64,000 bases of DNA from Hormiphora californensis (taxonomy: Eukaryota > Animalia > Ctenophora): contig CM035357.1 in the NCBI GenBank assembly GCA_020137815.1, positions 7,626,001 through 7,690,000 of the forward strand, read 5' to 3'. A program made the translations under genes and the position numbers. The notes under the pieces are model-generated. The model was not told where the DNA came from. It made no database searches and was given only the letters and a program-made list of their open reading frames with translations. This document shows positions 1 through 32,640 of the stretch, one piece after another (the first letter of the stretch is position 1; every line of letters starts with the position of its first letter).

Positions 1-2261
1 ATTCCCTATTACACCAGTCATGTCAAGAAACTGGGTTAACAGTACTGCCTCAAAAGTTTGATCCATTACAAGATTCCAGATATTTACAGCGGTCTCACTG
101 TGACTCTCCCCTGACCACCTCATACTACCCGCCTTGATGGCCGCATCACGAGCACTGGGTCGCTCTAAAGGGTCCCGTGAAAGGAGGGATCGTGTCAGTT
201 CTGAAAGTTGGTAGTGAGATATCTGGGGAAGGTCTGATAAAGTGTAGGTTTTAGGAGATAGGCCACCAGGTGAAAAAGGACATTTGTCTCCCATCATTTC
301 ATAGATCATAGTCCCGACAGACCAGACATCAGATTTAGAGTAATCACAGAACCCTCCCTCCAATGTAGATCCTATCTCAGGGGGTATTAACGGGTTACCC
401 CAGGATCGCCCGTGTGGCCATGAATCACTGACAGTCATACCATGGTGACACATCCCAAAGTCAGTTATAACGGCATGCAAGGTACCACACGGCATCTCCC
501 TGATTAGAATGTTTTCTGTTTTAATGTCCCGGTGTACTAGACCGTTCTTGTTGATGTGGTGTACCCCAGAGAGGACTTGGAAGAGAATTAGACAGATTTG
601 GGAGGGAGAGAGGGTTGAAGTGGAGAGGTGGGAGGAGAGGGAGCGGTCAAATAGCGGCATCTCGATGAAGAGGGTCCGATCGTAGGCTATGTTGTGGTCA
701 AATACAAGGGAAAACTCACCAATCACCTAAAGAGGGATAATATATATGTGTATTGTGTTGAAGATTGGAAATTTAAAACTTATAGAAATTGAAAACTTGT
801 AGAATAGAAAACTTGTTAAACAAAAACATTCTGCTTAGTAGAGTATTCAGTAACCAGTAATAACCAAGTGCTAAACAAAGTACCACTTTCAAAGGACACT
901 GACCTCATCGGTTAATGGTATGTTGTCATCAACAAAATATCCAGTTATCTGAACCACATTCCGATGTTTTGGAACTCCCTTTAGACTCAGCTCTGCCCCG
1001 AAATACTCCTCTCTCAGCATGTCATATGATGATCCAGTGAACCAATTAAACATGGCCTTCAGGGCAACCTCCTTGCCAGTGTTCTTGTTAGTAGCTTTGT
1101 ATACCAGGGCACAGGTGCTCATGTCTCCTATCTTGGCAGTTATCTGGAGGAGGAAAAGGTGATACCAAAGAAGAAAGAGTCACCGCTTGTCACGTTACAT
1201 GAACCATGATAAAAACATATCAATGTAAAGCTAAACATGGGATTCAGTAAATAACGCAAATGTTTGGCTACGAATTCACCCTTACTATTAAGCTGCATAT
1301 AGCTCACGATGAGGGGTAATTTTCATTACCAACGCAAATGTGGGACATTCAGAGTAGTTTACGATGTAAAACTTTTACAGTAAAAGACTCACTGAATAAT
1401 CTTGTAGAGTTAGTGTTAGGGATCCCATACTATCATCCTCCACCTCCTCCTCTTCCCAGTTCACTCCACTCACTAAAAGGGCACACAACTTCTCCCACTG
1501 TAACGAACTAGTGATAGAAACAAGTTGTGTAGCTCACACTACTGTGAGGGTTCGGCAGAGCAAGTAGCAATGGATAAATATAAAAAGCCTTGGATTCGGT
1601 GGAATGTTTCTATATTGCACATCCTACTGTAGGAAACACCTCAAGCAGCGATATATCATTCTACCTCTCTATATTACCTGTAACTTGTCCCATTCTTCCA
1701 GGGTAAGGTGTGGCCCAAGGAGAGTGAAGGCAGTAGAAGTCAACAGTTGTACCAGGTCTGACTTCTTCTCGCAGTACCTGCGGTGGGGTAGTTACTATTT
1801 GTGAGGTTTGAATACGTTATTAGTAACAAGAGGAGAAGTTGATATTAAATGTGAAGTGATAGAATACAGTTATAAAAAGAAACACTGTTTCACGAGCTAT
1901 TAGGATATTCGATTATATAGCTTAGAAGTGAGAAGAGTAACGATATAATGTGCTTTATTCCAATAATAACTTTGGGCCATGATTTATAATTGGAGTTAAA
2001 TATCTTGTTTGCTTCTTCCATTTCCACTCAGAAAACAAACTAGTGAAATTGTACCCTTGTCCCTTAGTAAAACAATATGTACCTGAAAGCGATAGGTGTA
2101 GGAAGAACTATCTGCTCCTTCACTAGCCTTCCAAAGCACTGCTCGTAGTTGTGACGGTGGCCAACAAATGTTCGTGTGTAAATTCGTATAAACAGAGGGG
2201 CGTACCGGACCGTCTGTCTGCTTATCGCTGCCCGTAACATGTGGCGACTACGGACCACCAT
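1..2261 (-). CDS. PINK1: PINK1-like mitochondrial Ser/Thr kinase, multi-exon; 3' end runs off the window
   Basis: The N-terminus is Arg-rich and resembles a mitochondrial presequence (MVVRSRHMLRAAISRQ). Exon ~895-1145 has VALKAMFN. Manual translation of exon ~1-727 gives DRTLFIEMP, HRDIKTENIL, VITDFG, GNPLIPPE, DYSKSDVWSVG and RPSARDAA, which are PINK1-family signatures (RTLF, DYSKxDxW, RPSAR). Confidence 0.8.
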
Positions 2262-3104
2262 CCTATTTGATATTCAGATTGAAATGTACACTCTATTGGA
2301 ATACACTCGATTTGTAACTTTTAAAGCAGTCAAGTTTTGAAACCATTTTCATGGCGCATGACATCTGAAATATAAGCCTTCTTGTAATCGGAGAGCCAAT
2401 ATTATGAAATACGAATCATAATATTATTTATGAGACATTCATAATTTATCAATATCACATAAATTCGTCTCTGCCAGCGGTTGAACTATGTTTAAACACA
2501 TCTAGCGTTTCGTCATCTTTGTCGATGAGCTGGAAAAAGAAGTAAAACTCAGGAAGACAACTGAACCTTACGTCAAAAGCAAGGTTAAACCGAAACGATC
2601 AAAGGATAGTGAACGTCTCGGCAGTCAGCTGGTACTTCGCCAGACCGCTGATGAAAATGATCCATTCGCCGAATATTTTCCGTCGGATAGGACCAGCTTA
2701 TTTCCCGGAAGTTGGAAAAATGGTGAGCACCAGGAGCATGTGAGGCATTTACCGCGAACACTAACTTGTCAAGAACAATACAAGTAGAAAATATAAATCA
2801 ATAGTCCACTCTTTGACTGTCCGTTTCACGGCTCAGCACAAGTTCTGCTGTTGGATGGGGCACAAGTTCTGCTGTTCGAGGGAGATTCATGGCTTCCTAT
2901 TGAGTCAACAAACTGACATCAAGTCAAATTTACATTTCTCTTGAGTTAGGGGACTGGTTCCTTGACATTTACTGCAGGTAAGGATGGGTAAGAGGGTCTA
3001 AAGCGCTTGCCAACTAAGGAGATTCGTCACGAACAGTGAACTTCAAAAAGCAAACTCCGAAGACTGACTTTAAAAATATAAAACTTGCATATTTTATGTA
3101 TTTG

Positions 3105-3245
3105 GTCAAGCGCGGCGCGGCGTGATTTTAGCGCGTTTCAATTCATCGCGCGCGCGACATCTTTTCAATTTTTACTTCTTATCTCGTTGAAAAGAGAAAA
3201 ACGCGAACGTTAAAATCTGCGTTTTTTTAGTGTGAGCGCAGAGCG
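3105..3245. promoter_or_regulatory. CGCG-rich patch between the divergent PINK1 and GLB1 genes; candidate bidirectional promoter
   Basis: gcgcggcgcggcgtgattttagcgcg...gcgcgcgcgac lies in otherwise AT-rich DNA at a divergence point. A similar patch lies at 50395-50465. Confidence 0.4.
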
Positions 3246-3352
3246 CTCATGGTTTTTGGGACTGGAGTCTGTTTTAGCCGCTAAATTTACTGTTACTGCA
3301 GGTCTGGCAGTAACATATCCACTAATGACCATAATTTGTTTGTAGAGGGTTT

Positions 3353-4737
3353 ATGCTGCATGTTGTTGATAAATCAGGATCAAACTCTACGCTGAAAATG
3401 ATTGTATCCCGTCAAAAACTGTTCATATTGTTCGCCTTTCTCGCCATCTGCCTCTACGTTACCCTCCTCAACCCAGCCAGCTACCGGGGTTCCAGATCAT
3501 TTGTTGTAGACTATGAGAATGACGTCTTTTTAAAGGACGGTACTCCGTTTGATTTTGTGTCTGGAAGTCTCCATTACTTTCGAGTTCCCCATCAGTTGTG
3601 GCGTGACAGGCTTCTAAAGTTACGTGCCAGCGGTATAAATGTTGTCAGTACTTACGTTGCGTGGAATGTTCACGAGCCACACGAGGGGGTTTTTAGTTTT
3701 GCTGGGGATGCTGATTTGGTGAAATTTGTCAAAACTGCACAGAGCTTGGATCTCCTGGTCAATATTCGACCTGGACCGTATATCTGTGCCGAATGGGACA
3801 ACGGTGGAATCCCATACTTTGTTCTCGGAGACCCAACATCTCCCATTAAACTTCGCTCAAGCGACGAGCGATACTTGGCCCACGTGAAACGTTACTACGA
3901 TGTTCTTCTGCCCAAGTTAAAACCCATGCTATATTCAAACGGTGGGCCCATCGTTTTAGCTCAAATTGAGAATGAATACGGTAGCGATCTAACGTGTGAT
4001 AAGAAGTACAAGGAATTCCTGTACAACCTTATGAAGGAGCACCTTGGGAACAATGATGTTGTTTATTACACCGCCGACGGATGGGACATGCACCATTTGA
4101 TCTGTGGTCCTATCACGACTTTTTTTTGTGGGTACAATTTAAACTACGGACCTAAAATGCATGATTACAAGGGAATCATATCAGATGTGTATTTGGACGG
4201 GGAGAAGATATCCGGGGTCAATAAATGGGATATGTGGTGCTTACCACTAAATAACACTGACAAGGCAGCGTTTGCTAAATCTACCATCCTTCCAGGTAAA
4301 CTGTTCCACCTTTCAACATCATTAGTAATACATTCCTTGAATGTTGTGCCAGTCTAAAAAGTCTTGAATCTTTCCAGGTCCAAATACTGACCATTACCCC
4401 AAACATATTTCCATTCCCCTATACCCCCGCTCTAAACTGCAATCCCCCAGGTCCCGGATCTCTCTTTAGAGGAACTTTCACTGTTTCTGGCACGCCCGCT
4501 GATACCTGGGCCAAACTAACCATGTTTAGTAAGGGTGTTATCTGGGTGAATAACCACAATCTGGGCCGATATTGGACCAGTGTTGGGCCCCAGAAACATC
4601 TCTATGTGCCTGGTGTTTGGTTGAAGGAGGGGGTGAATGAGGTGATAGTGTTGGAGGTGGAGCGGATCCCAGAGAAGAGAGAGTTCTTAGGGATGGAGTT
4701 TGTAGATGTTCCTGATGTAGGGGAATGTCATTATTAA
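3353..4737 (+). CDS. GLB1: GH35 beta-galactosidase (GLB1-like) with a large internal deletion; possibly a pseudogene
   Basis: Motifs SGSLHYFRVP, IRPGPYICAEWDNGG, QIENEYG and the C-terminal KGVIWVNNHNLGRYW..GPQKHLYVP. There is an intron at ~4296-4450. The SEFYTGW region and middle domain are absent. Confidence 0.85.
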
Positions 4738-5188
4738 AAAGGGTTCAAATGTTTCAATCAGAACATTTTTATTTTTGGGTTTCAAAAACAGCTGTTTTTT
4801 TAAATCAAGCTTTATATTATAACTTATCTGTGTATTGGAATGAACCTGTTCTTGTATTTCTAAATACAAATACCTTTGCATGATGTTTTGTGCGTGATAT
4901 GTTTTTTGTTGTTTATTTGAAATGAAGCATGAAAATATTATACATAATATGTAAACTGTTATTTATTATGGCAGCTAGTATTTTTAAGGGAATGACATAA
5001 GTGTAAGAATTCTATGCGTAATTCGTAATATAATGGTCTTTATATCGCGACTCATTTTTTACGATATTCACCTTTTCAATTCAAATCATCGCATCTTTTC
5101 CATATGACCCAACAGCTAATTAAAAACTAATTAACAACTAATTTACAGCTAATTAACCCTATCCCTGTAGAATGATGAACCCCTGACC

Positions 5189-6610
5189 ATGTCATCTACA
5201 GTCAAGTATTCCCGGCTAGACACTACCGAACCCTACCATCGCTCCACCACCACCAGCACCCCCTCAATAACCCCCTCGGGGGTCCTAGGGGCTATATCAT
5301 GTCTCCTGTTTACAGGGTGTATCTTCCTCTCCATAGCAATAGCCAGGCTCCTTGCAGAGAACCACTTCCTCCAGTCGCAGTACATGAACTACACTAGCAG
5401 TTACTCGTTTGGGGTGGTCTCCGATCTGTATCTAGATACCACTCCACAACAGACGTGTTGTGAGTTTGAGACTAACTTTAGTTGTCTGTGCTGCCCGACC
5501 AACCCGGCCCTTCTCAACGCCACGTTCCAGTCCCTTGTTGCGGTCCTCAGGATGTATGTGAACACAAAGTTCATCCTGTACCTGGGGAACATTGCCCATC
5601 ACCAGAATCAAACGGTCCAAACGTACGCTTATTTCCGGGATTTTATAAAACAAAGTGACGTTAGTATTCCAGTGTTTCCGACTTTGGGAGCCCATGATAG
5701 ACCTACAACAGAGGTCAGTACCCTCTTCTACTCTGAGATATTTGCAAGTTGGTCCGAGCTGATTGGATGTTTCGGGTGTCCGCTAGCTCCCCCCTCTAAT
5801 GGGGTAAAGGAGACATTTGTAAAGGGCGGCTACTACTCAATCACCTCGACGTATGGAGTTAGAATTATCAGCCTGAATACAAATCTGTTTCTGGATGATG
5901 CGACTGAAGCTGAGAAAGCACAGGGTCACGAACAAATCGTCTGGCTGGAAGATGTTCTAGATAATTCACGGACTATCATCAAGGGTAAGATCATGATAGG
6001 CGGGACTGCTCCTGGTCACAGCAACATCCTGGTTCCCAGAAAAAACTCCCCGACCTCTTCCCAGAAATGGGATGAGAACCTTCAGTTGAAGTTTACTACA
6101 CTCATCTCTAAACATCAATACCGGTGGGCAGCCATTATGTTTGGTGGGGCAGAGTTTGAACTAGTCCGGGCCCTAGACCGACAATACATGTTCCTGTCAC
6201 CCCCCTGTTCCCCACTTCTCTGCTCCCAACCTGCCTTTCGAGTTGCTTTCCTCTCGGAGAGAGATCTTGAGCTCCTGGACCTACACCAGTACTACAGTCC
6301 AACTGAGTTCTTCACGCGAGTTGGCAAGGCGCCCAAATTCATGTTTGACTACAGTTATGAGAGAGTAATATTTGGGAGCGAGCAGCCCCGAGGTCCGGTA
6401 TACCTGAACACATTCAGTATAAGACAGATGTACGAGAGTCTAGTTACAGACAGTTTTGATCTGGGGCGATGGGAAGCTCTGGTAGACACTAAGAAAATAG
6501 ATAAAGTGGGGGTCCAGACCTCGCCCCTGATAACTTTCTGTCTTGCCAAGTACAGTAATGTTACCTTGCAGCGGGATTGTTTAGGAAAGTTTAAATATAG
6601 TTTGAAGTGA
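5189..6610 (+). CDS. Intronless acid-sphingomyelinase-like (SMPDL3/metallophosphoesterase) type II membrane protein with degenerate metal-binding motifs
   Basis: 473-aa ORF with an N-terminal TM helix. Motifs SDLYLD, YLGNIAHH, FPTLGAHD, GGYYS, RIISLNTN, QIVWLE, PAFRV and LLDLHQYY follow the ASM/SMPDL3 layout. Confidence 0.75.
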   Translation: MSSTVKYSRLDTTEPYHRSTTTSTPSITPSGVLGAISCLLFTGCIFLSIAIARLLAENHFLQSQYMNYTSSYSFGVVSDLYLDTTPQQTCCEFETNFSCLCCPTNPALLNATFQSLVAVLRMYVNTKFILYLGNIAHHQNQTVQTYAYFRDFIKQSDVSIPVFPTLGAHDRPTTEVSTLFYSEIFASWSELIGCFGCPLAPPSNGVKETFVKGGYYSITSTYGVRIISLNTNLFLDDATEAEKAQGHEQIVWLEDVLDNSRTIIKGKIMIGGTAPGHSNILVPRKNSPTSSQKWDENLQLKFTTLISKHQYRWAAIMFGGAEFELVRALDRQYMFLSPPCSPLLCSQPAFRVAFLSERDLELLDLHQYYSPTEFFTRVGKAPKFMFDYSYERVIFGSEQPRGPVYLNTFSIRQMYESLVTDSFDLGRWEALVDTKKIDKVGVQTSPLITFCLAKYSNVTLQRDCLGKFKYSLK

Positions 6611-6819
6611 ACTGATAAGGTTTGATGCGGGCTTTTTGTGTGGTATTTGATTCAATGTTAAAGTTGCTCGGGTTAATTTTGTGTAATTTTGTAAACTGTC
6701 CTGACTGCAATTTCTGTTAATTAAAAGTGTCAAATCTAATCTTCCATCCAAACCCTTCTTGAAAAACCCTAGAAACTTTCCTAACCAAGACTAACAGCTC
6801 TGTATTACCAGTAGTTATC

Positions 6820-28219
<21,400 letters not shown>

Positions 28220-28455
28220 CACACTGGGAGTGTTTCGGACAATATTTTAATCGTTTAGAGCTTATATTTTGATGTTCATCATGATATTATCATCATTGAT
28301 AATGTCCGTGACAATTGACCAAATGTTATTCATTTTTCAAGAGTTATTCATATCGTTATTCCTTTTATCCTGTAGTTATATTGTCCTTACATACATTTAT
28401 TTTATGTTTCAAGCATTAAATTGACTGTATCATGTGTTTGAAACAAGATAAAATA

Positions 28456-28625
28456 CAGTCGGACCCCGATTTAGGGCCCCCGATTTAGTGGCACCCCGAT
28501 TTAGGGACAGATTTTTTCCCCCCGATATAGGAAATTAACCTTATTTGACCCCGATTTAGTGGACACCACGATTTAGTGGACAAGAGCCTTTCCCCCGAGG
28601 GTGTCCCTAAATTGGGGTCCGACTG
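28456..28625. mobile_element. Tc1/mariner-type MITE, same family
   Basis: ta|cagtcggaccccgatttagg ... ggggtccgactg|ta. Confidence 0.85.
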
Positions 28626-28886
28626 TATTAAAAACTGGCCGGTGTTTGAACGACCAAGGGGACCGTTATACTCTTCGTGAGGCCGTACTCTTCGTGTGCT
28701 CCGAGGTGTACAGTTGTGTCTGACAACTGAGGTCTATGTTACGTGAAAATGACACTGTCACTGACAGACGTGTCAAGAAAACCTGCTGTGCGGCCGCGGC
28801 GGTTTAAAATTAAATTCATTGCAAAATGTGGCGCGCTAATTTTGGTTCGCGCGCGCGTTGTTAAATTTTAAAATTCAACGAAATTA

Positions 28887-29040
28887 AATGAGGCCCCTCG
28901 GAAATGTTCAAGTCATGCACAATCAAGTCACGCCCACCAATCACAGCTCAGAACGCGCGAAGCCCTCTGCGCGTTCTGAGCTGTGATTGGTGGGCGTGAC
29001 TTGATTGTGCATGACTTGAACATTTCCGAGGGGCCTCATT
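28887..29040. mobile_element. Fold-back MITE, ~72-bp perfect arms
   Basis: aatgaggcccctcgg...agaacgcgc / gcgcgttct...ccgaggggcctcatt. It is absent from the paralogous site near 32403. Confidence 0.85.
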
Positions 29041-29640
29041 CGTTCGCGTTTTGTGAATTTTTCCAAAATGTTGGAATGCGCTGCAGCCCCCTCATATATT
29101 ATACTAGAAAGCCCATTGTTAAGTCCTACAACAGCCCCCCCCCCCACCCGTCTCTATGTCCCCCCCTCTCACTCTTTGTCTCTCCTCTCTCCATTTCGGG
29201 GTAAAGAATACGGAGTAGTGGTAGAGCGTTGGTGATAAACATCAAGGGAAATCCCGCTGAATAACATGTAGAATCAGGTGATAAAGATCCGTAGAATTGT
29301 AGCTGTGTAGAGAATCAACGGGGTACGTAGGTAGAAAGGCTTTGGCAATCATGGCGGCTCCAGCAGTAGATCCCGAAACACCACAGGAACAACACAGGAA
29401 CACGCAACAAACAACCAACAACATGCACGTGCAGTATCCCCTCACAACTACCCATACCCCTCCCAAGCCACCTCCTTGGCAACCCCCACCATTTGCACGT
29501 GTGGATAGGTCACCATCATCACGACGTTCATTTGCAAATTATAATAAGGATTATAAGGGGCCTGCAACGTATGCCAAGCCGAAATGGACAGAGCGATAAA
29601 GAAGGCAGCCACACATATTGAAAATAAACACGGAGAAATC

Positions 29641-29794
29641 TAAAGTCGGATTTTTTGAAGTTGTCACCCCCTTTTTCGTGCGCGGAATGTTTTTGCGTGT
29701 CACATCACATGTTAACGTATGGTGTGCGCGTCAAAATTGATAAATTTCACACGCGCGGTCATTTTGGGGTGACAACTTCAAAAAATCCGACTTT
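29641..29794. mobile_element. MITE with ~30-bp TIRs
   Basis: taaagtcggattttttgaagttgtcacccc / ggggtgacaacttcaaaaaatccgacttta. Confidence 0.8.
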
Positions 29795-30149
29795 ATAGCG
29801 AGGCTTTGGCGGCAATCAGAAGGCGGCTCAGATTCTGTCTACTGTGTGAAATTTGTTAATTTTTGTTTGTAATTATAATGGTTGTACGTGGTTATAATTG
29901 AGAATAGAGTGTGAAGTGTGTGTGTGTGTGTGTGTGTTTTTAATTAACTTATTATTTAACTTATTATTTAACTAACTAAATGAAGATCATGACTCTAATA
30001 GTTGCAGGAAATGTATCTGTACAGGACATTATTGACAACAGACATTTCATATTTATAGTAGTTTCTTGAGTTGTAGGTATTGGAGCCTCCTTCGAATGGC
30101 TTGGACCCATACACAATTTGTGTGTGATCTCGGGTGATTCGAAGTAGGC

Positions 30150-30274
30150 TCCACCGCTTTTGAAAGCCGTTAGTTTAGTCTGTGTGTTTTCTAGCATATG
30201 TAAGAACTTTTCTGACAAGTAAAAGCTATAAAGCGGAATATTAAGTATTTTGTGATGATGATGATGATGATGAT
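30150..30274 (+). mobile_element. 3' tail of an L2-like retroposon ending in (TGA)n
   Basis: ccgcttttgaaagc...ctataaagcgg...(tga)n matches the tail at 51800-51915. Confidence 0.65.
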
Positions 30275-31491
30275 AGCCACCCTGAGGTCGCTGAGAGGAT
30301 GCCGTACAAAATACACCCCAACAGGATTAGGAAATATAGACATCAATATTTAAAGCCTGCGTGAGATTTTATGTATAGTAATATTTGAGTGATTTTAAGA
30401 TTTATTTATTACTAACCCCAACACCGGGGGCAAATGATCGAACCCAATGTGAATGAGACTCATCGGGATTAACTCTTCATACGGTTACCCCCTTTCTCTC
30501 TTCGGCAGCTTCTCTTCGGCTGTTGGAAAGTGATGCCAATCGGTGTTGGCCGTTGGGGTTAGTGAATTTTCAAAAAAAAAAAACTTCAAACTTTGAAAAT
30601 TTTTAACAACTCCAGTCAACTCTCATCTTGTCAATCGGTTTCCTGGGAACCCCTGGCCAAGGGACATCAAGATGCACATACTGACCAAGTTTCATATCGA
30701 TTAGAATTTGGATAAGATTTGAGGTGGCTACGGTGAAAAATGTCGTATTTTTTTACAGTCTTGTAAACAGATTTAATAATAATTACAGTCTTATCTTTTC
30801 CGACACGATTCAGGACCCTTGAACATTGAGTTACGGGAAATCGTGATATAGTAAAGTGAAGTTCAAACGATTCTCTAACTTCCCCATTATGAAGTTTTTT
30901 GGTTTAGAGCCGTCTTCAGGGTCTTAGAAGCGTTTAAAAAAATTTAGTCTATCACCCCGTGATGTCACTGCTGATAAGGATCGGATCCGCCTTGGTCCAA
31001 AGTACCAGTGTACTAATTTTCAGGGGTCTAGCTCAAAAACTGTGGGTGGAGTTTGAAAAAAAAACATTTTGGGACACACTAACATTTGGGAAATTATTAT
31101 ATGGATTAATATCAATGTTTTTATTAATCATCTCACCAGTTAACCAAGTATAACTACTTTTCTATAATTTATTAATTCATATTTATTTTCATATGCGAAA
31201 ATTGTCTTTTTCGGCGCTAAATTTTTGCTAACGTTTCGCTCATATCTTCTGTTCCTGATAAGATAAAGACTCGATCTTGGTTGCGTTGAAAAGGTCTTAA
31301 AATTATCTTTCCAACGCTTCCGGGTTCAAGTCTTAAGATTGCCAGGAACTTGATCTCGATTATCACGCGCAAATACAAAGCCGCGCGACCCCTCTGAACG
31401 CGCGGCCCCCTGTCCCTTGATTAAAAAATTCGACTTTATATAGATGTGAGATCGATCTCGGTCGCTGCGCGACCTCGATCTCACTCAGGCA

Positions 31492-32055
31492 TCAATGTGG
31501 CCAAGTTGGTCTCATACCCAGAATATCATCATCTCTAGGGACCAGTTCCTGTAAATACTCCGGAGCTGTTCCACGTACAATTTTGTACGCTAACAGGCAG
31601 GCCTTGAAGGTTAGTCTCTGCTGTATTGGGAGGATATGAGCTTCCTTGAAATACTCATCATAGCTATCCTGATGTCCTCGTAAGTTATAGATGAACCGTA
31701 CACAGGAGTTCAGAACCTTTTGAAGGTTGTTCAGAATCCGTTTAGGGAGTCCAAAGTACAGGATATTACAGTAGTCTATCTTTGATATGACTAATTGCTT
31801 CACAAGAAGAACCCGTGTGCTATTATCCAAACACTTATTGAGTTGCCATAGGTTCTTGAGTTGCAATCCACATTGTTTCTTAACATTGTTCACCTGCCTC
31901 TCCAGGGTGAGATGCTCATCCAGAAGTATTCCTAGAGTCTTCCCTGTGCTACCTTTGCATTCCATAGGCTGCAACACTGTGTCACCAAACCTAATTTCCG
32001 GATCAAATACCAGCTTCTCAAGAGAGCTTGATTTTCCAAGAAGAAACAAAATAAA
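31492..32055 (-). mobile_element. L2/CR1-clade LINE ORF2 C-terminal fragment
   Basis: LGILLDEHLT, VISKIDYCNILYFGLP, LQKVLNSCVRFI and HILPIQQRLTFKACLLAYK; homologous to the 32677 ORF. Confidence 0.85.
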
Positions 32056-32640
32056 ATATTAAAAACTGGCCGGTGTTTGAACGATCAAGGGGAGACTGAG
32101 AGAGGGATTGTAGAGAGATAGTTTTGAGACAAGAGATATGAATTGAGCCTGAGGTTTTGTCTTATAAGACCGTATGGTGCGGCGTACTCTTCGTGTGCTC
32201 CGAGGTTGCGCGGTGTACAGTTGTGTCTGACAACTGAGGTCTATGTTACGTGAAAATGACTGGTGCAGTGACACTGTCACTGACAGACGTGTCAAGAAGA
32301 CCTGCTGTGCGGCCGCGGCGGTTTAAAATTAAATTCACTGCAAAATGTGGCGCGCTAATTTTGGTTCGCGCGCACGTTGTTAAATTTTAAAATTCAACGA
32401 AATTCGTTCGCGTTTTGTGAATTTTTCCAAAATCGCCGAAAAACTTCAAACTTCGAAAAATTTTAAGAACTCCAATCAACTCTCATCTGGTCAATCGGTT
32501 TACTGGATGCACATACTGACCAAGTTTCATATCGATTAGAATTTGGATTAGATTTGGGGTGGCTACGGTGAAAAATGTCGTATTTTTTTACAGTCTTGTA
32601 AACAGATTACAGATTATAGATTTACAGATTACAGATTTAT

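Larger units (their letters stand above)
28628..31185. repeat. Duplicated segment, copy A (possibly a Helitron-like non-autonomous element or a duplicated promoter region)
   Basis: 28628-29069 matches 32059-32433. 30575-31185 matches 32440-32610 plus 34748-35465. Confidence 0.8.

Noticed and set aside
29342-29599. 85-aa Pro/Gln-rich ORF
   Set aside because: It has a TTG start and no recognisable domain, and lies inside a repeat-derived segment.
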